DNA from: Phoronis australis
Taxonomy: Eukaryota; Animalia; Phoronida
Length of the DNA stretch: 64,000 nt
Direction of reading: 5' to 3'
NCBI GenBank assembly: GCA_002633005.1
Contig: NMRA01000213.1
Span: 488,996-552,995 of the forward strand
The notes under the pieces are model-generated. The model was not told the DNA's origin and made no database searches. It saw only the letters and a program-made list of their open reading frames with translations. The position numbers and the translations under genes were made by a program. How positions within the stretch are numbered: the first letter of the stretch is position 1; every line of letters starts with the position of its first letter. Below, one piece after another: positions 38,133 through 51,171 of this stretch.

Positions 38133-41100
38133 TAGTCCGTGAGCCAGGGGGCTGAAGCTGGATTTGCCAGATAAAGTTCTTTTCTTTGCTGTTTCAAGTA
38201 GCCTAAGTTTAAGTTACCATAATTAAGGGATTGACCTTCGCAACCCTCAAGAATTTTTTTAAAATATGCAAATTAAGGTCGCCATTATGCAAAATTCTAC
38301 TTTTGCTTACAATTTCCTTAAAAAAGCACTGCAGCCAGATAATTTTGACGTTTTACCCATGTTTTCATGGTAACAGTATTATAGTGCAAGTTATTTGGTG
38401 AATGATGAATACATTGTTAATTTGCATAATTTATGCAACTTAAGGACGCCATTATTCAAAATTCTTCTTGTGCTTATAGGTACTCTACCACGCACCACAG
38501 ATGAACTATCATGATACATGTATTTGCATTCTTTTGGTTAGTTACATGTAGTTTAATGAAATCGGTTTGCATGTTGTTACATGATAAATTTGCATAATTA
38601 ATGTAAATTTTCATAACGAATGCACATTAAGGACGCCATTATTCAAAATTCTACTTGATGCTTATAGCTGCGGTACCAAGCACCACAGGTAAACTCTCAT
38701 GATATTTGTACCTATGTTCCTATGGTCAATTAGGTTAATGAAATCAGTTTGCAAGATGCATGATGAAATAACATAATTTATGCAAATCAAGGGGGCCATT
38801 ATTAATTTTTTTCTGCTCGTAACTTTCTTAATGGGGGCACTATATGTAGATTATTTGGTATTTTTACTGATGAGTTTAATGTAATCTGTCATTATATCAT
38901 AAATAAAAATAATCTGTAATTTATTACACAACATTAAAAATTCTAGTTTTTCTGATACTCAGCATATATGTAATAGATGACAAAATTGTTTAATTACATG
39001 TACATAAACCCATGAAAATAACATATCGGTTGGAGACCAGTCACCAGACATTTCAAATGCTAATTCAACACTCAGAACGTGAGCACACTACATTATAACG
39101 TGCCCAAAATATTGTGCGGGGTATAGGAAATTGACACTTCGATTTTATCTACTTGAATTTCCTGGAATCTGACCTTAGCAGCTATACCTAATCATCACCG
39201 GTATGCAATATAGGAGCGAGATGAACACCATGCAGGATTATAGATGGTGAGAGTGATTTGTTTATGGCAACTTTCTTCCATCCATATTCCTCTGGATTTA
39301 ATGCTGGTAACATTCCACCACATGACTGTCTGGTAATGGGCTCTGTTTACGTTTACATTCTCTGTGAAGGCCTCTGTTGTCGGCGAAAGTTTGGGAGAGG
39401 ACATAGATTTCTTGCCATTTCTCTTCCCCATAACAGTAGTCTCGCTCCTGACATCTTCCTGATTCTCTTTATTCCAGAACAGGCAAACATACATTTAGCG
39501 GTCTGTTTCATGACATCAGAAAAATGTGCATTAAAAGTGCCGATGTCAGACAGGTCATGTCCCGCCTTCAGTAATTAAACGATGGATCCCTTTCCAACTC
39601 CATCGTAGCATACCCCTACAGCGCATGGGCAGGGAGGAGACCTTCACAATATCGCTACATGCTTCCACTGTTAACTTTATGTCTACGACTGTTCTAAGCT
39701 CACTAGATGATTTCATGGTTGTGGTATTTGAAGGTATTCCTTGTCTTAATCCACGAAGGACAAATACATGTTTGTCATCCAAAATAACCTAAAATTTGTT
39801 AAGTTCATATTATGCACATTTCGCGTCTTGTTGCACAATAATGGAACTAGCTTCTTCGTGGGATGTCTCCAATGTCTTTAAGGGACAATGATCTTCATCA
39901 GTGATTACCTATTTGTGTTCCTAATGTACTGCTAGCCTTTCTCGAAGTCAGTTAACATTGCCTGTCCCATGCCTAATGTTTAATGTACGTTAAATGTTGG
40001 GCTAGCAATCCTGTCACTGCTAATGTTCACCACTGCGTCTTTGGGATGGACATTGGGATCCAATAGATCGATTTTGGTTATTAACTTTTGGCATAATCGT
40101 GTAATATGCTGGGCATGTGCATCAAGACATGCCTTACTTTCTTCCCTGTGATAGGCTTTAGCACAAGATCTAATGTTACCGCTGTTCGTCTCTCCAAGAT
40201 CTGTTCCAATCTTGCAGAACAAACGGCACGTTGTGCCAAAGCTTAAGAGTCTCTTCTGAGAGGGCAATTCCCTACTATTCCATCACTACTGTACATTGTA
40301 GTCGTACCTCATGAATGTGATCGCTCTGAGCCCCATTCCAGCATTCACCCAAGTCATTAAACTAATATACGTTTCTCTATGGCGTGTGGGAGCACAGAGC
40401 AATAGGCAATTTTATACTTTTTTCGGAATTTAAGGTCTCAAACTGCAGAACACACACTACACAAAATATGTTCTTACTTCATCATCAAAAAGGAGATTCT
40501 GAAATTTACCACGCTACAACCTGCAATCAGATTTCATTAAATTCATTGATCACTGAAACATGGGTAAAATTATTTATAACTAACCTCTGGTGTCTGTTGC
40601 AGCAGTTATAAGCACAAGTAGAATTTTGAATATGGCAGCTGTAACTTGCGTAAAGTATCAATTATGCAAATTCATGATGACAATAAAAACATGAGACTAT
40701 TTCGAAAATAATCTACATGTAATGCCCCTAAGGAGCAGAAACAGTATTTTGAAAACCGGTGTCCTTTATTTGTATAAATTATGGAAATTCATCATGCAAC
40801 AACTTGCAAAATGATTTCACAGAAACATTATCAAAGACGTTAAAATAGTTTACTTGGGGAGCCTGATACTTCAGCAAAAAAAGAAATTTGAATAATGGCG
40901 GCATTAATTTGTATATATTATGCAAATTCACGATGTATCCACCAGTAAACGAGGTCCATTAAATTCATTGACCACGGAAGCATACATGTAGGTGAAAACA
41001 TTAAAAGTAACCTGCCTGAAGTGCTTTGTAAGGGCGTTTTAAGCAAAATATAATTTTGAATAATGGCGGTCTTAATTTGCGTTAGTTATGCAGATTTATC

Positions 41101-41702
41101 ATGCAACAACATGCAACTTGATTTCATTAAACTAATTGACCATACAAACATAGGTGCAAATATCATGATAATTCACCTGTGATGATTGGTACCATAGCTA
41201 TTAGTACAAGTAAATTTTTGGATAATGGCGGTCGTAATTTGTTTAAATTATGCAAATTGAAGATGAATCCACCCAAAAACTTTGACTATTAAATTGGTTG
41301 ACCATGGAAACATGGGTGAAAGCATCAAAATAACCTGCCTGCAGCTCTTGGTAAGGAAACTATAAGCAAAAATTTTTTTGCATAATGACGGCCTTAATTT
41401 GCATAAATTATGCAAAGTGACAATGTATTCACCAAAAAAACTTTCACCGTTAATTTTTTTTTACCATAAAACATGGGGAACAGCGTCAAAATTATGCAGT
41501 GCTTGGTAAAGAAATTATTAGCAAAAATAGAAATTTGCATAATGACGACCTTAATTTGCATATATTGAAAAATACGTTAGGGTTGCGAACGGTCATCCCC
41601 CTAAATCATGATTAACAATGCATAGGCTATATAAACCGGTAAGGAAAAAACTTTATCCGGCAAATCCAGGTTAAGTAAAAGCAGCATTTGACTCCCGGAC
41701 TA
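38133..41702 (-). mobile_element. Academ (AcademX-type) DNA transposon, internally deleted, with long repetitive TIRs
   Basis: TAGTCCG...CGGACTA termini with several hundred bp of imperfect inverted repeat. Minus-strand remnants HEEASSIIVQQ, DDKHVFVL and LSPTTEAFTEN...RAHYQTVMW match the XPG-like region of Academ. Confidence 0.8.
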
Positions 41703-42887
41703 TGGAGTCCCCAGAAAATCACCTTTTTATGTTTGAAAAAGGCAGCTAACCACGGCTCTTTTTGCAACCTCTGAATACTGCCATCACAAAAACAATGACG
41801 AATACTGTAATCCACTCATGACGTAGCCCAAAAACAATTGTTTATATATTTGTTTGTAATAGCTTAACGAAAGGCTGTTAAATCTCACAGTATTTGTTAA
41901 TATCTTTATTCAGAGTCTTATACGCGATAGTAAATCAAAAGCTCAAATAGCTTTACATCACAAGAATTTACTTACTGACTGACTTCTAGATTAACCAAGG
42001 TACAGGCGAGGTTCAGGTAACTCGGCCAAGTTTATGTGCAACGTTACGCCTAAGATGTTCGAACTTTCTTTCGGTGCGCGATAATCATCCATAATGTAGT
42101 ACCAGGACCACCTCGACCTGTTGCAATAGATAGTCTTTGCGCTTTTACACATTTCATTACCATATTACGTCGTTGAATGACTTTCCCATAAGACTTGCCT
42201 TCATCGAATCTGCTCCGGTTCACGTCTGGTGGTTCAAAACAGAAAGTAACGTAAGAACATGATCTGAAATAGCGGACCTTGAGCGCGCTATCGTTGTCAC
42301 GGAAATAAATCCACGAGCGGCTACCAAAGTTCCCGTTCTACTAAACTTAGGGAAAGAGTACGTTAATGTGAATGGATATAATTTCACATTTTTAATTTTT
42401 GCTTTCTGGTGTATAGTCGTGTACAATACGCTACATGCACATGTAACGTTGAGAAACTCTTTTAGTTTACAGTGTGACTTATTAAACTGTATTTATTGTT
42501 GTAATTACACATCCGTCGGTTCCTCGCACATTCCCCAGAATCCACCATTCACTGAAGAGAAGAAGAGACGATTACACACTGCCAGAAACGATATTTATAA
42601 CGGTGGTAGGTCTTTGATTTGATTTGATTTGGTCGCGTTTTTTCTGTTTTTTGGTTTCAAACTTTTCGAATCTACTCTCTTAATTGCAAAAAAAAACAGG
42701 GAAAGGCCAACCGAACTCACGGACGTACTCAATGGTCATGCAAGTCAGCGCTTGTTCTATGTTCAGATCCAGTCGAACTTTTGTAGGCTGGGTCGAGGGG
42801 GTCTTGGGATATGAGAGTTGAGGTGTTTTTAGAACAATCCCTTTGAAATTGCGAAATCACTCCTTGAGTTGCGTTAAATATTTACAG

Positions 42888-43109
42888 GTTCAACGCTTTC
42901 AGTTCAGCAGCCAATCGACGGGAGCTGGGGTGAGTTTGGAGCTTGGACATCTTGTTTACTGAGTGAAAATCGTACGCGAACCAAATTGTGCAATAATCCA
43001 GCTCCAAGTGGTGGCGGAGTAGATTGCCAGGAAGATAGCACTAGTACGGAGACCCAGGCTTGTCCAGCTCAGGCAACGTTGAGGATGAGCTTTTACGACA
43101 AAGTTTCTG
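42888..43109 (+). CDS. TSP1 exon
   Basis: Reads PIDGSWGEFGAWTSC...RTRTKLCNNPAPSGGGVDC...TQACP; ttacag acceptor, G|gtaaga donor; phase 1-1; absent from the ORF track. Confidence 0.9.
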
Positions 43110-43795
43110 GTAAGAACACATGCGCGTACAGAGCCTAAAAAATGGAAAGCTCGAATTTTTGAGAATGTGGACCTTTTACTAAGATTTACAAGGTACGATC
43201 AAGGCTATGAATTGTTGAATTGGTGGTTCCTGCTCTTTGATAGAAGTTTTCTACTTTTTGTTTTTTTGAGGCGGAACTTTTTGCACACTTTGCCAAATAG
43301 GGGCCCCCGAGCCCACCCTAGGTGAGCGCATGGAACATGTTAAACTATTTATCATATACTAAAATAACACACGTGAGTATAAGGTGTGTGTTCCCAAGCA
43401 TTCATTACGGGATTTCAAGAAGCTGCATCCGTCCACTAGTAGGCCCACTTTGTCAAAGTAGATATACGCATGAACATTTTGAGACATCCATTATGAGAAT
43501 AGAAGCAAATTCTAATACTATAGGGCTATAACGTTCTAATGCGTAATTATTGCTGTTTCTGAGATTCCATACGTCCCTGTACGTCTTTCTGTTTCCACAC
43601 TACATGTACATGTATCTGGACTATGAATAAACCGATTAAAATATTTAAACGCCCAACTGAATCACAGTTATGAAAGTTACACGTGACTGATAACAGTGGA
43701 TATTTTGCTGAAGCCTATAGACTTTTTATGCATTTCAGTGAATATATTTTACATGACCCAGACAGCTACAAAATGTTTTTATTGTTTTCTTCAAG

Positions 43796-44074
43796 CAATC
43801 GATTTAGGCTGCTATGCTGACAGGAAGTCGCGTGATATCCCAACCTTCCTTAAGGTATCTGCACTAACACCATCAAAGTGCCGCAGTGCGTGTCAGGCTG
43901 CTGGCTTCAAGTACGCAGCACTTCAAAATGGCAATGAATGCTACTGTGGGAACTCTTTCGGTAGCTATGGAAAAGCTCCCGATTCCCAGTGTAGTGATGT
44001 TTGCGTAGGTGACTTAACGAAAAGGTGTGGTGGGCCGTGGAGAAACTGGGTGATGCATGCTTGGAAATATGCAG
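43796..44074 (+). CDS. WSC domain exon 1
   Basis: Reads LGCYADRKSRD...LTPSKCRSACQAAGFKYAALQNGNECYCGN...CSDVCVGDLTKRCGGPWRN; AAG acceptor, G|gtagat donor. Confidence 0.93.
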
Positions 44075-44318
44075 GTAGATGTATAGTCTTTGTCCTGCTA
44101 ATGGTTGAAATGATACCAAGGCAAAATGTTCTAAAGTGTAAATATTGACGCTTGTGAGATTGTAGACGGTCCTGTCTGTTTCCAGGTGACGCTCAATAAA
44201 CATAGTGAAATAGAAAAATATACCGAGCACATCATGGTTACGTGAGTTAAGAATGCGTACTAATACCGAATGTAGATGATCCAGACATTTTCAAATCAAT
44301 TTTATTGTTCTATTTTAG

Positions 44319-44591
44319 ATATCGAATATGGCTGCTATGAGAACATATGGCCGTATGATCAACCTACGTCCCTTGACATACCTGCACTCACGCCATTAAA
44401 GTGTCGGAGCGCGTGTCAGGCTGCCGGGTTCAAGTACGCAGCAGTTCAAAGTGGCATCAGGTGTTTGTGTGGGAACTCTTTCGGTCGCAATTACAAAGTA
44501 CACGATTCTGAGTGTAGTAGTGCTTGTGCGGGTGACGACTCGCAGAAGTGTGGTGGGCCAGGGATAAACTGGGTGATGCAAGCTTCGTCAG
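44319..44591 (+). CDS. WSC domain exon 2
   Basis: Reads YGCYE...LTPLKCRSACQAAGFKYAAVQSGIRCLCGN...CSSACAGDDSQKCGG; tttag acceptor, G|gtacgt donor. Confidence 0.93.
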
Positions 44592-44719
44592 GTACGTAAA
44601 TTTATTTGACGAAAGTATTCTTTGTGTTCCCCTGTGTTCGAAGCTTTCAATGGTCGGGTACTCTTAACCGAACCAGTTAATAAATTTACATGTACATTTG
44701 TCTTATTTCTAAACTAATA

Positions 44720-46130
44720 CGACATTATTTAGTTCCCTCGGTAGTAAAAAGTTGCGTTCCTTGTGGCGAGATTGCTCTTTTGCTATCCTGAATAAAAGTC
44801 TCGTGCCGGCACGTGCATCAAGGTTTTATTTGCTCTAATTGTAAATGATATTTAAACACGGTGGCAGTTGTGGTGCAGATTATCCTGTTTTAAGCTCTCC
44901 GCCGTACTACTGACTTAACTAAGTCGAATAATGCTCTCTGGAATCGCTAACCCTACGTCCCCTCCACTGCATCTATCTCTCAAGTCGAATCCAATTGGTG
45001 AATGAAACGTGTTTCGTTCATGTTAATGGCATAAAATTTCGGAGAGCTGTGTTTCTTAACACTAATAGCTTAAATGGTGTAAGATACTAAAATTACTTGG
45101 ATGATAGCCCCAGTGAAGACAGCGCAGGCCTTCAAAATTTGTTTAACAAATTCGAAAAGCACATTGTCGACAATGTGAACATAACATATCAAAGATATCT
45201 GTTCAGTTCTCTAACACAGTGTCATGGGGAACCCTTTGATACATTTTATCAAGGCACGTTACTACGTATTGAAGCTCATTTACGCACAGCACGAGACCGT
45301 GGGGAATGACTGGCGAAATAAAGCAATTCGTTTTACGGTGTGATGCATGCCTGACCAACAACAGAGCTCAACACAAGGAAGCCACGCTTTCAAACGACAC
45401 ACTCTCTCGTCCCTGGGAAAACACTCCCAGTCAAACGGAAAAAAATCGAGTCAGACGTAAAGGCAACAAAGACTTTGACTGTCAACAGCGCAAAATAGCC
45501 AACAACAAGTAGTGGATAGCAGCCAAGCTCGACGGCTACTCGGTCGCCGGACACGCTCCCTGGAACCTGTCTCAGCCAGAGTTGGTAGCCCCACCGTCGC
45601 CAGGTGTCACACTTGTATAAGAACGACATTGACATTGTGGTAGACATCGCTTGTTAACAAGCTCAACGTTAAGATAAACGTGCTAAGGACCCTCTTACTT
45701 CCTGGATGGTTTCAACCAAATCAACTTGGCCAGCTTAGCAGAAAGGGGTGTGAGAAGCGAGTTGTGACAAAGCAACTGGTTGGCAGATCCTACGGAGAAC
45801 ATTTTCAAAGCGGGTGCTATAAACACAATCGAGTTCCCTTCCCGAGTCATGTGAACCTCCACCAACTACACTGGGTGATGCGCCTTCTGAAGTGCAACCC
45901 GGCGTCGCCGTAACTACCCCCACCGCGTTACTGTACCTACATGTAGTTATACACATTTTTATGTTTTGATTTTTCTTTTTCGAGAGGATGTTTCAACATT
46001 ATTTAGTCTCCTCGCTGGTCAATAAATGACGTTGCTAGTGTCAAATTTGCCTATTTCTCGTTCCGGCCAGTACGTTAATATTTTATTCTGCCTAATTGCA
46101 ACTCATCTTGAGTAATAAACATCGACACGG
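44720..46130 (+). mobile_element. Internally deleted Ty3/Gypsy-like LTR retrotransposon remnant
   Basis: Diverged direct repeats starting ACATTATTTAGT at about 44722 and 45993, both ending ACACGG; TGGCAG PBS-like site; gag-like NITYQRYLF..TQCHGEPFDTF; integrase zinc-finger-like EIKQFVLRCDAC...RPWE. Confidence 0.7.
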
Positions 46131-46497
46131 TTGGTTTTGACATGGATAACGCTCTCAAACTAGTAACCCTTGAGACACTGTATGCGCTATGAGGATTCTT
46201 GACTTGTCTTATATTTATGGCATCCATATTTTACAATACTCTGGTTGACAGTGTTTTCCCTGGATGCCTGTATTTCCCTATCCTGAAACATATTTTAGCG
46301 GTGCGAGTTAATTGAGTTTACTTAAAGTGTGTAATGAGTTTCTGGGGATTGCTAAAGTATAATTACCACAAAGCAATTAGTGGTAAACACTCCTAATATA
46401 CCAATAGCAAAATATTGGATAGTTGGCTGGAAACAAGTAAACTTTCCCACACTCTGTATGCTGTTATTATATTACGGCTCGCTTTGCATTGTTTCAG

Positions 46498-46764
46498 TAT
46501 GTAGCGGCACGAACAGACTCCAACTAATTGCTGTAGACAATGTGACGTTCCGCCGACGTGGCATTGAAACGGTCAAAAGTGTAAACAGTGAACTACACTG
46601 CGCCGTCTTGTGCATGAATGACGCAAAGTGCAAGTCTGCGGATTACTCCAACGGGACATCTACATGCACCTTCTTAGATGTCACGTGGGATGACCAGATA
46701 TTGTCTCCCGACTCTCTGGCAAGGAATTCTCAGATGGCACATTTAGAATCTCGTTGTACTTTAG
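46498..46764 (+). CDS. PAN/apple domain exon A (copy 2)
   Basis: Reads SELHCAVLCMNDAKCKSADYS...CTFL; ttcag acceptor, G|gtaaat donor; paralog of 1-231. Confidence 0.92.
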
Positions 46765-47724
46765 GTAAATTATCATAAAACTGTTTTGACACTGTTGATT
46801 GTGTATTAAAAATAACATAGAGATTACAACAAAAAACGAACAATAAAATGAAATCATAACAGAAAGTCAAAGAGCATCCCGTGAGATTCGTTGCTCTTGA
46901 TAAACGAGTCCACACTGAAGGCGCGTTGCTCGCCCACCCAGTTCATGTTGGGAACTGGTCAAGATTCGAAACGAAACGACAGTATATATACACTTCAAAA
47001 ACACATTTTTCTGGTCTCTAGTTTAGCTTCAGTGAGCCTGAACATGTCTCTTGGTGTCTCAAAACATGTTTGCTGATCACAAGAGACAGAGACGCTGATC
47101 AAAGGGGTTGTTGCTCATAATCTTAGCGACTGGAGATGCACCTGACCGTGCTTTTCCGTAAAGAGCAGTTCTCGTTAAAAGTTTTTCATGCAGTAAATCA
47201 TATCAGATATGCTCACTGTCCAAGCTGATTTTTGAATAATGTCCCTGGTAGAAGGAACGTGTAGCGTGGTATGTCATATGGTGCGGTTGTAGAACGACTT
47301 ATAATCCGGAGCAAAAAGATAGTAGACGTACATGTACTGTATACACCTGTATATACAAATACGATATAATGAGGTCGCTTCATTTTAACTGAACTTGGAG
47401 TAGACAAAACTTACTGAATGTTTACCATAGAGAGGGGGAACCAACAGTGGCGGATACAGGGTGTGGAATGCGAGTGCACTACATTAATCTTTGAAGACAA
47501 ATTGTCTTCGTGAACGATAAAAGGGCACGCCGACCGCAGCAAGCTGTCAGATTATCGAACACCCGATCACCTGCGTGACATTTCCTTGATTCTAAATTGG
47601 ATGGCCCATATCCGACAAACCTATGCTGCTCACGCTATCTGGAAAAAGGTTGTTGTTCACATGTAGACGTCGCGACATCTTTCAGGTCACCAGTATCTAT
47701 CATCTACATGTATGTCTATTGCAG

Positions 47725-47905
47725 ATCTGGGCTGCCCACCCGGGTTTCATCTTTACGACAACTCCAAATGTTACGCTTTAACAGGGTCAGATTCTCTGAA
47801 GGTAGCCTTCTCAGAAGCGACAGACTATTGCTACGCCAGAGCAAGTCAACCGGTATTTGTAGATGACGTCGGAGAGAATAATGACATTATTGCTTTCACA
47901 AATAA
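47725..47905 (+). CDS. C-type lectin domain A, 5' exon (copy 2)
   Basis: Reads DLGCPPGFHLYDNSKCY...; AA|gtacgt donor, phase 2. Confidence 0.92.
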
Positions 47906-49532
47906 GTACGTTAAATAACACCTGTGTGTAGCACATTTTGGACGAATTCTCATAGAAAAAACAGTGAACTGAATATGCTGTATACGCGCACGGCAAAATT
48001 AAACAAACCTGGATCTTTTTGGATGAATTTTAAATCATACTGGAGTTCGTGAAACCACTTATCCATTTTTCTTGGGGTTTTATGACCATCAAAAACATTT
48101 ACGCGCGACAACTTTTGGAGTCTGCAAGCTTTGACGAACCCGGGGACACGCAGTCAAAGGACTTGGCCTCAATCCTTGCCTTTTATAGCCGCGTAGTTTT
48201 GTATTTGAGCTCGGTAAAATACTAGAGTGGCTGCAGTTGACTGGCATGTGCCAGCCAGAGCTGAAAAGAAACTAGCCAGCCAGCTACATGTACATGTAGC
48301 TGTATGAATAATATCGTCAAAATACAGCTAGCTACCATTGTGTTAGTACCCGAAATTTCACAGTAGTTGTTCTTGTTAACTTGTCGTGAAACTTATAACA
48401 ACCTGTAAAGTTAACAATCGGCGGGGGTGCATGCACAATCTTGGCGTCAAACGACACTCATCTTGTCTGTCAGTGCTTTTTAACTGAAAACAGTCTAATA
48501 AACGACATTCCCTTGCCTTTTTTTAACAAAGAAAAGTCTGTAGTCGTTTTGAAAACAGTAAGCTCGTGACACGGACACTCGCCATTTCCTAAATTTTTGC
48601 GACATCTCCCAGAGAAATGATTGCAGCTTCCCAGCAGCAAAATCCGGTTTGCTTGTATCGAAATGCTAAAAGGGGATAATTTACTGTATGCACGCTTCTC
48701 GTGGGAGAAGAAGAGTTGATTGAAACATCGATGAAAAGAAACTGGTCAGTAGGTGATGCAATATTTCAGGGCGCGGAAAGACGACGCAAAAGATCGCACC
48801 ACAATTTTAGCAGCAGAATAACGGTACACTCTAAATATTTTTGTTTACTTAAAGAAGAATGTAGTTTTTAATGACACTAATTTTGTTTCACATTTTATTT
48901 CGTGAGTTTTTACCCACATCGGCGCATAGCTGTATACTGTGTATTCAATATACATCTTTAAACAAAGGCTAGAAAGTAACATGTGACGCAATGCACTATT
49001 GTTAGTGTCTCGTCCAGGCTCATGGAATTGTCGAAAGTTCGCTAGTATACCCAGTCCTTTAAGCAATGATGTGCCGATGTCTTCTGTTACTGATCACGTG
49101 GAAGTATTCTTGGTACTGGTTACGAGGATTTGGCAAAGGTTACTTCATGTTAAACGCCCGTGTTTCAATTCAGCAAGATATCCGTGAAAATCGTTTACGT
49201 GTTTTTTCGATTCTTGTGTCGTTCTCGTTTTTTTTTTGTTTATCACTCCAAGAAGCCACCCTAAGTGTGATACCGTGGGTGGCGATAAATATAGCAACCT
49301 CTCTAAACTAGGCTCCACTCAGGATTTTGTTCACAAAGTCCCTGCTATAGAGGCATTCTAGAGTACGGACTTTTCAATGTGGACAGCGTCCCCGGTACCA
49401 TACATGCAAAACAGATCGCATATTTCCCTCAAATTTCATAAATTCTGCTGTCAGTTTCATAATATTCACTGGTCGTGTTTACCATTCTTCGTTTATTGTA
49501 TTGTCCAGTTGTTTAGTTTGTCAATAAATATA

Positions 49533-50258
49533 GATTATTACATGGCGAAGTCGTTATCCCCCGTTATCTAGAGCCCGCGTGAACTTTGGAGATTTATCAC
49601 CCGAGGGGCGTTAGGGTGACAACGACTGAGAACATGTAATAATGTATTTATACCACATACTGAAACATTGCAATGAATCGATCTACCTTTCTCGACTCGC
49701 CTCGGCTTTGTAACTACTTCCTATGTCAGAGGCCCGGGGTCGGAGGTCGTGACCTTTTAAGAAAAACCGAGCTATTTTTGTCAAATGATGCTTTTACTCA
49801 AAACCAATTGAAAAATAAAACAAAGTAGAAATAAACAGAATCTATAAATTAAGGTTTATTACCACTAGTAAATGGCTATAATGCTCAAGTCAAAGGATCC
49901 CGACGACACGATGGCCGCATTCAAATTGGAGATCGGTGATTTACAAGTGAGAGAACACGAGAGAAAAATTTCACTGATTAGAAATTATGCGTCTTATTTT
50001 TCATAGTGTATAAATGTCGGTGCAATGCCCTTTGCTGAACATGCGATCGTTGCGCGTGCGCATTTAAGTATTCTATTTTCACGTTCGATGACGTCAGCCG
50101 CTGAGTGATGTAGTGGTAAAGTCGGCGACTCGCAACTCTTGAGGCTCCGGACCGAATCCGGCCTCGGTTTCCCGCCAAAATGTTATCTCACTAGTGAGAT
50201 AACTTTATGGGTCATTACACGGTTGTATCTGCCTTTCGAGGCTAATATTGTGGTATAA
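49533..50258. mobile_element. Hairpin-ended non-autonomous element, possibly Crypton-like
   Basis: Imperfect hairpin ATTATTACATG..AGTCGTT...AACGACT..CATGTAATAAT, then a TTATACCACA...TGTGGTATAA inverted pair. Absent from the paralogous intron 3094-3398. Confidence 0.5.
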
Positions 50259-50340
50259 CGTAATTGTATTCGAACATAATAAAAGAAATAAACACTTGGC
50301 ATTTATAGTACACTTAATATCATCGGTGCTATGTTTCTAG

Positions 50341-50582
50341 ATTCGCGCCATCTGTAGGAAGTGATGTGGGGATGTATTGGTTGGGAATGCAAAATGTGGA
50401 AGTAAATAACACCACTAAATGGTATCTATACAACAAGACGGAATATAATAACAAAAGCTACACCTACTGGAGAAACGGCGAACCGTCACACGATTGTGCA
50501 CTGATGAACTGTAAGGAACACAACTGCCAATGGGAAGGCGTAGACTGCGGTTCGCGTCACCATATTATTTGCGAAAGAGAAG
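50341..50582 (+). CDS. C-type lectin domain A, 3' exon (copy 2)
   Basis: Reads YWLGM...YTYWRNGEPSHDCALMNCKEHNCQWEGVDC...IICERE. Confidence 0.92.
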
Positions 50583-51171
50583 GTACTCTGGTTCGATTCA
50601 GTGTGAGCGTGTACTGCATGCAAATGATTTAAACTGTATACTTGATATTTACACCTGTAGCTGTTTACCCAGAATGACTGGAAATGTACTGCAACATCTC
50701 AATCCTATGAGCTCTGACTAAACACGTTTTTCACTGATAGTGTATTTGGAGAACCATCACCGTGCGGCTTTTCAATCTTTTCAATTTGCTATGACTTCTC
50801 CAAACCTTTTGCGTTAACTGAAATGCATTTAGCCACCCAGTGCACGTAGCTAATTAATGCTTTCCATCTTTGATGTTCACTGATTTTCTCTGTGATGTCC
50901 TCGTCACACCAGAGACGCGGTGCTACTACGGTTTTTGGTCAATACCGGGATTACCGTAGTGACACCGCCAGTCGTGTCTCTTTGTGTTCCCCTAGCAGTC
51001 ACGCATGTGTTTTTCTTCTGAGGGACCAGGGCGGAACCACGGCAAGGTCACTGCGGACATAACTATCCCATTGAGTTACCACTGCGGTTTGATTGCGGTG
51101 CCACGGCGATCATTGGCATCATCACTGCGGGGCCAGTGAGGTGCCACTGTGGGAATGGAGGTACTACTGCG

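Noticed and set aside
38200-41600. CRISPR-like repeat array
   Set aside because: Units are long, degenerate and inverted between the arms of a eukaryotic transposon, with no unique spacers or cas genes.
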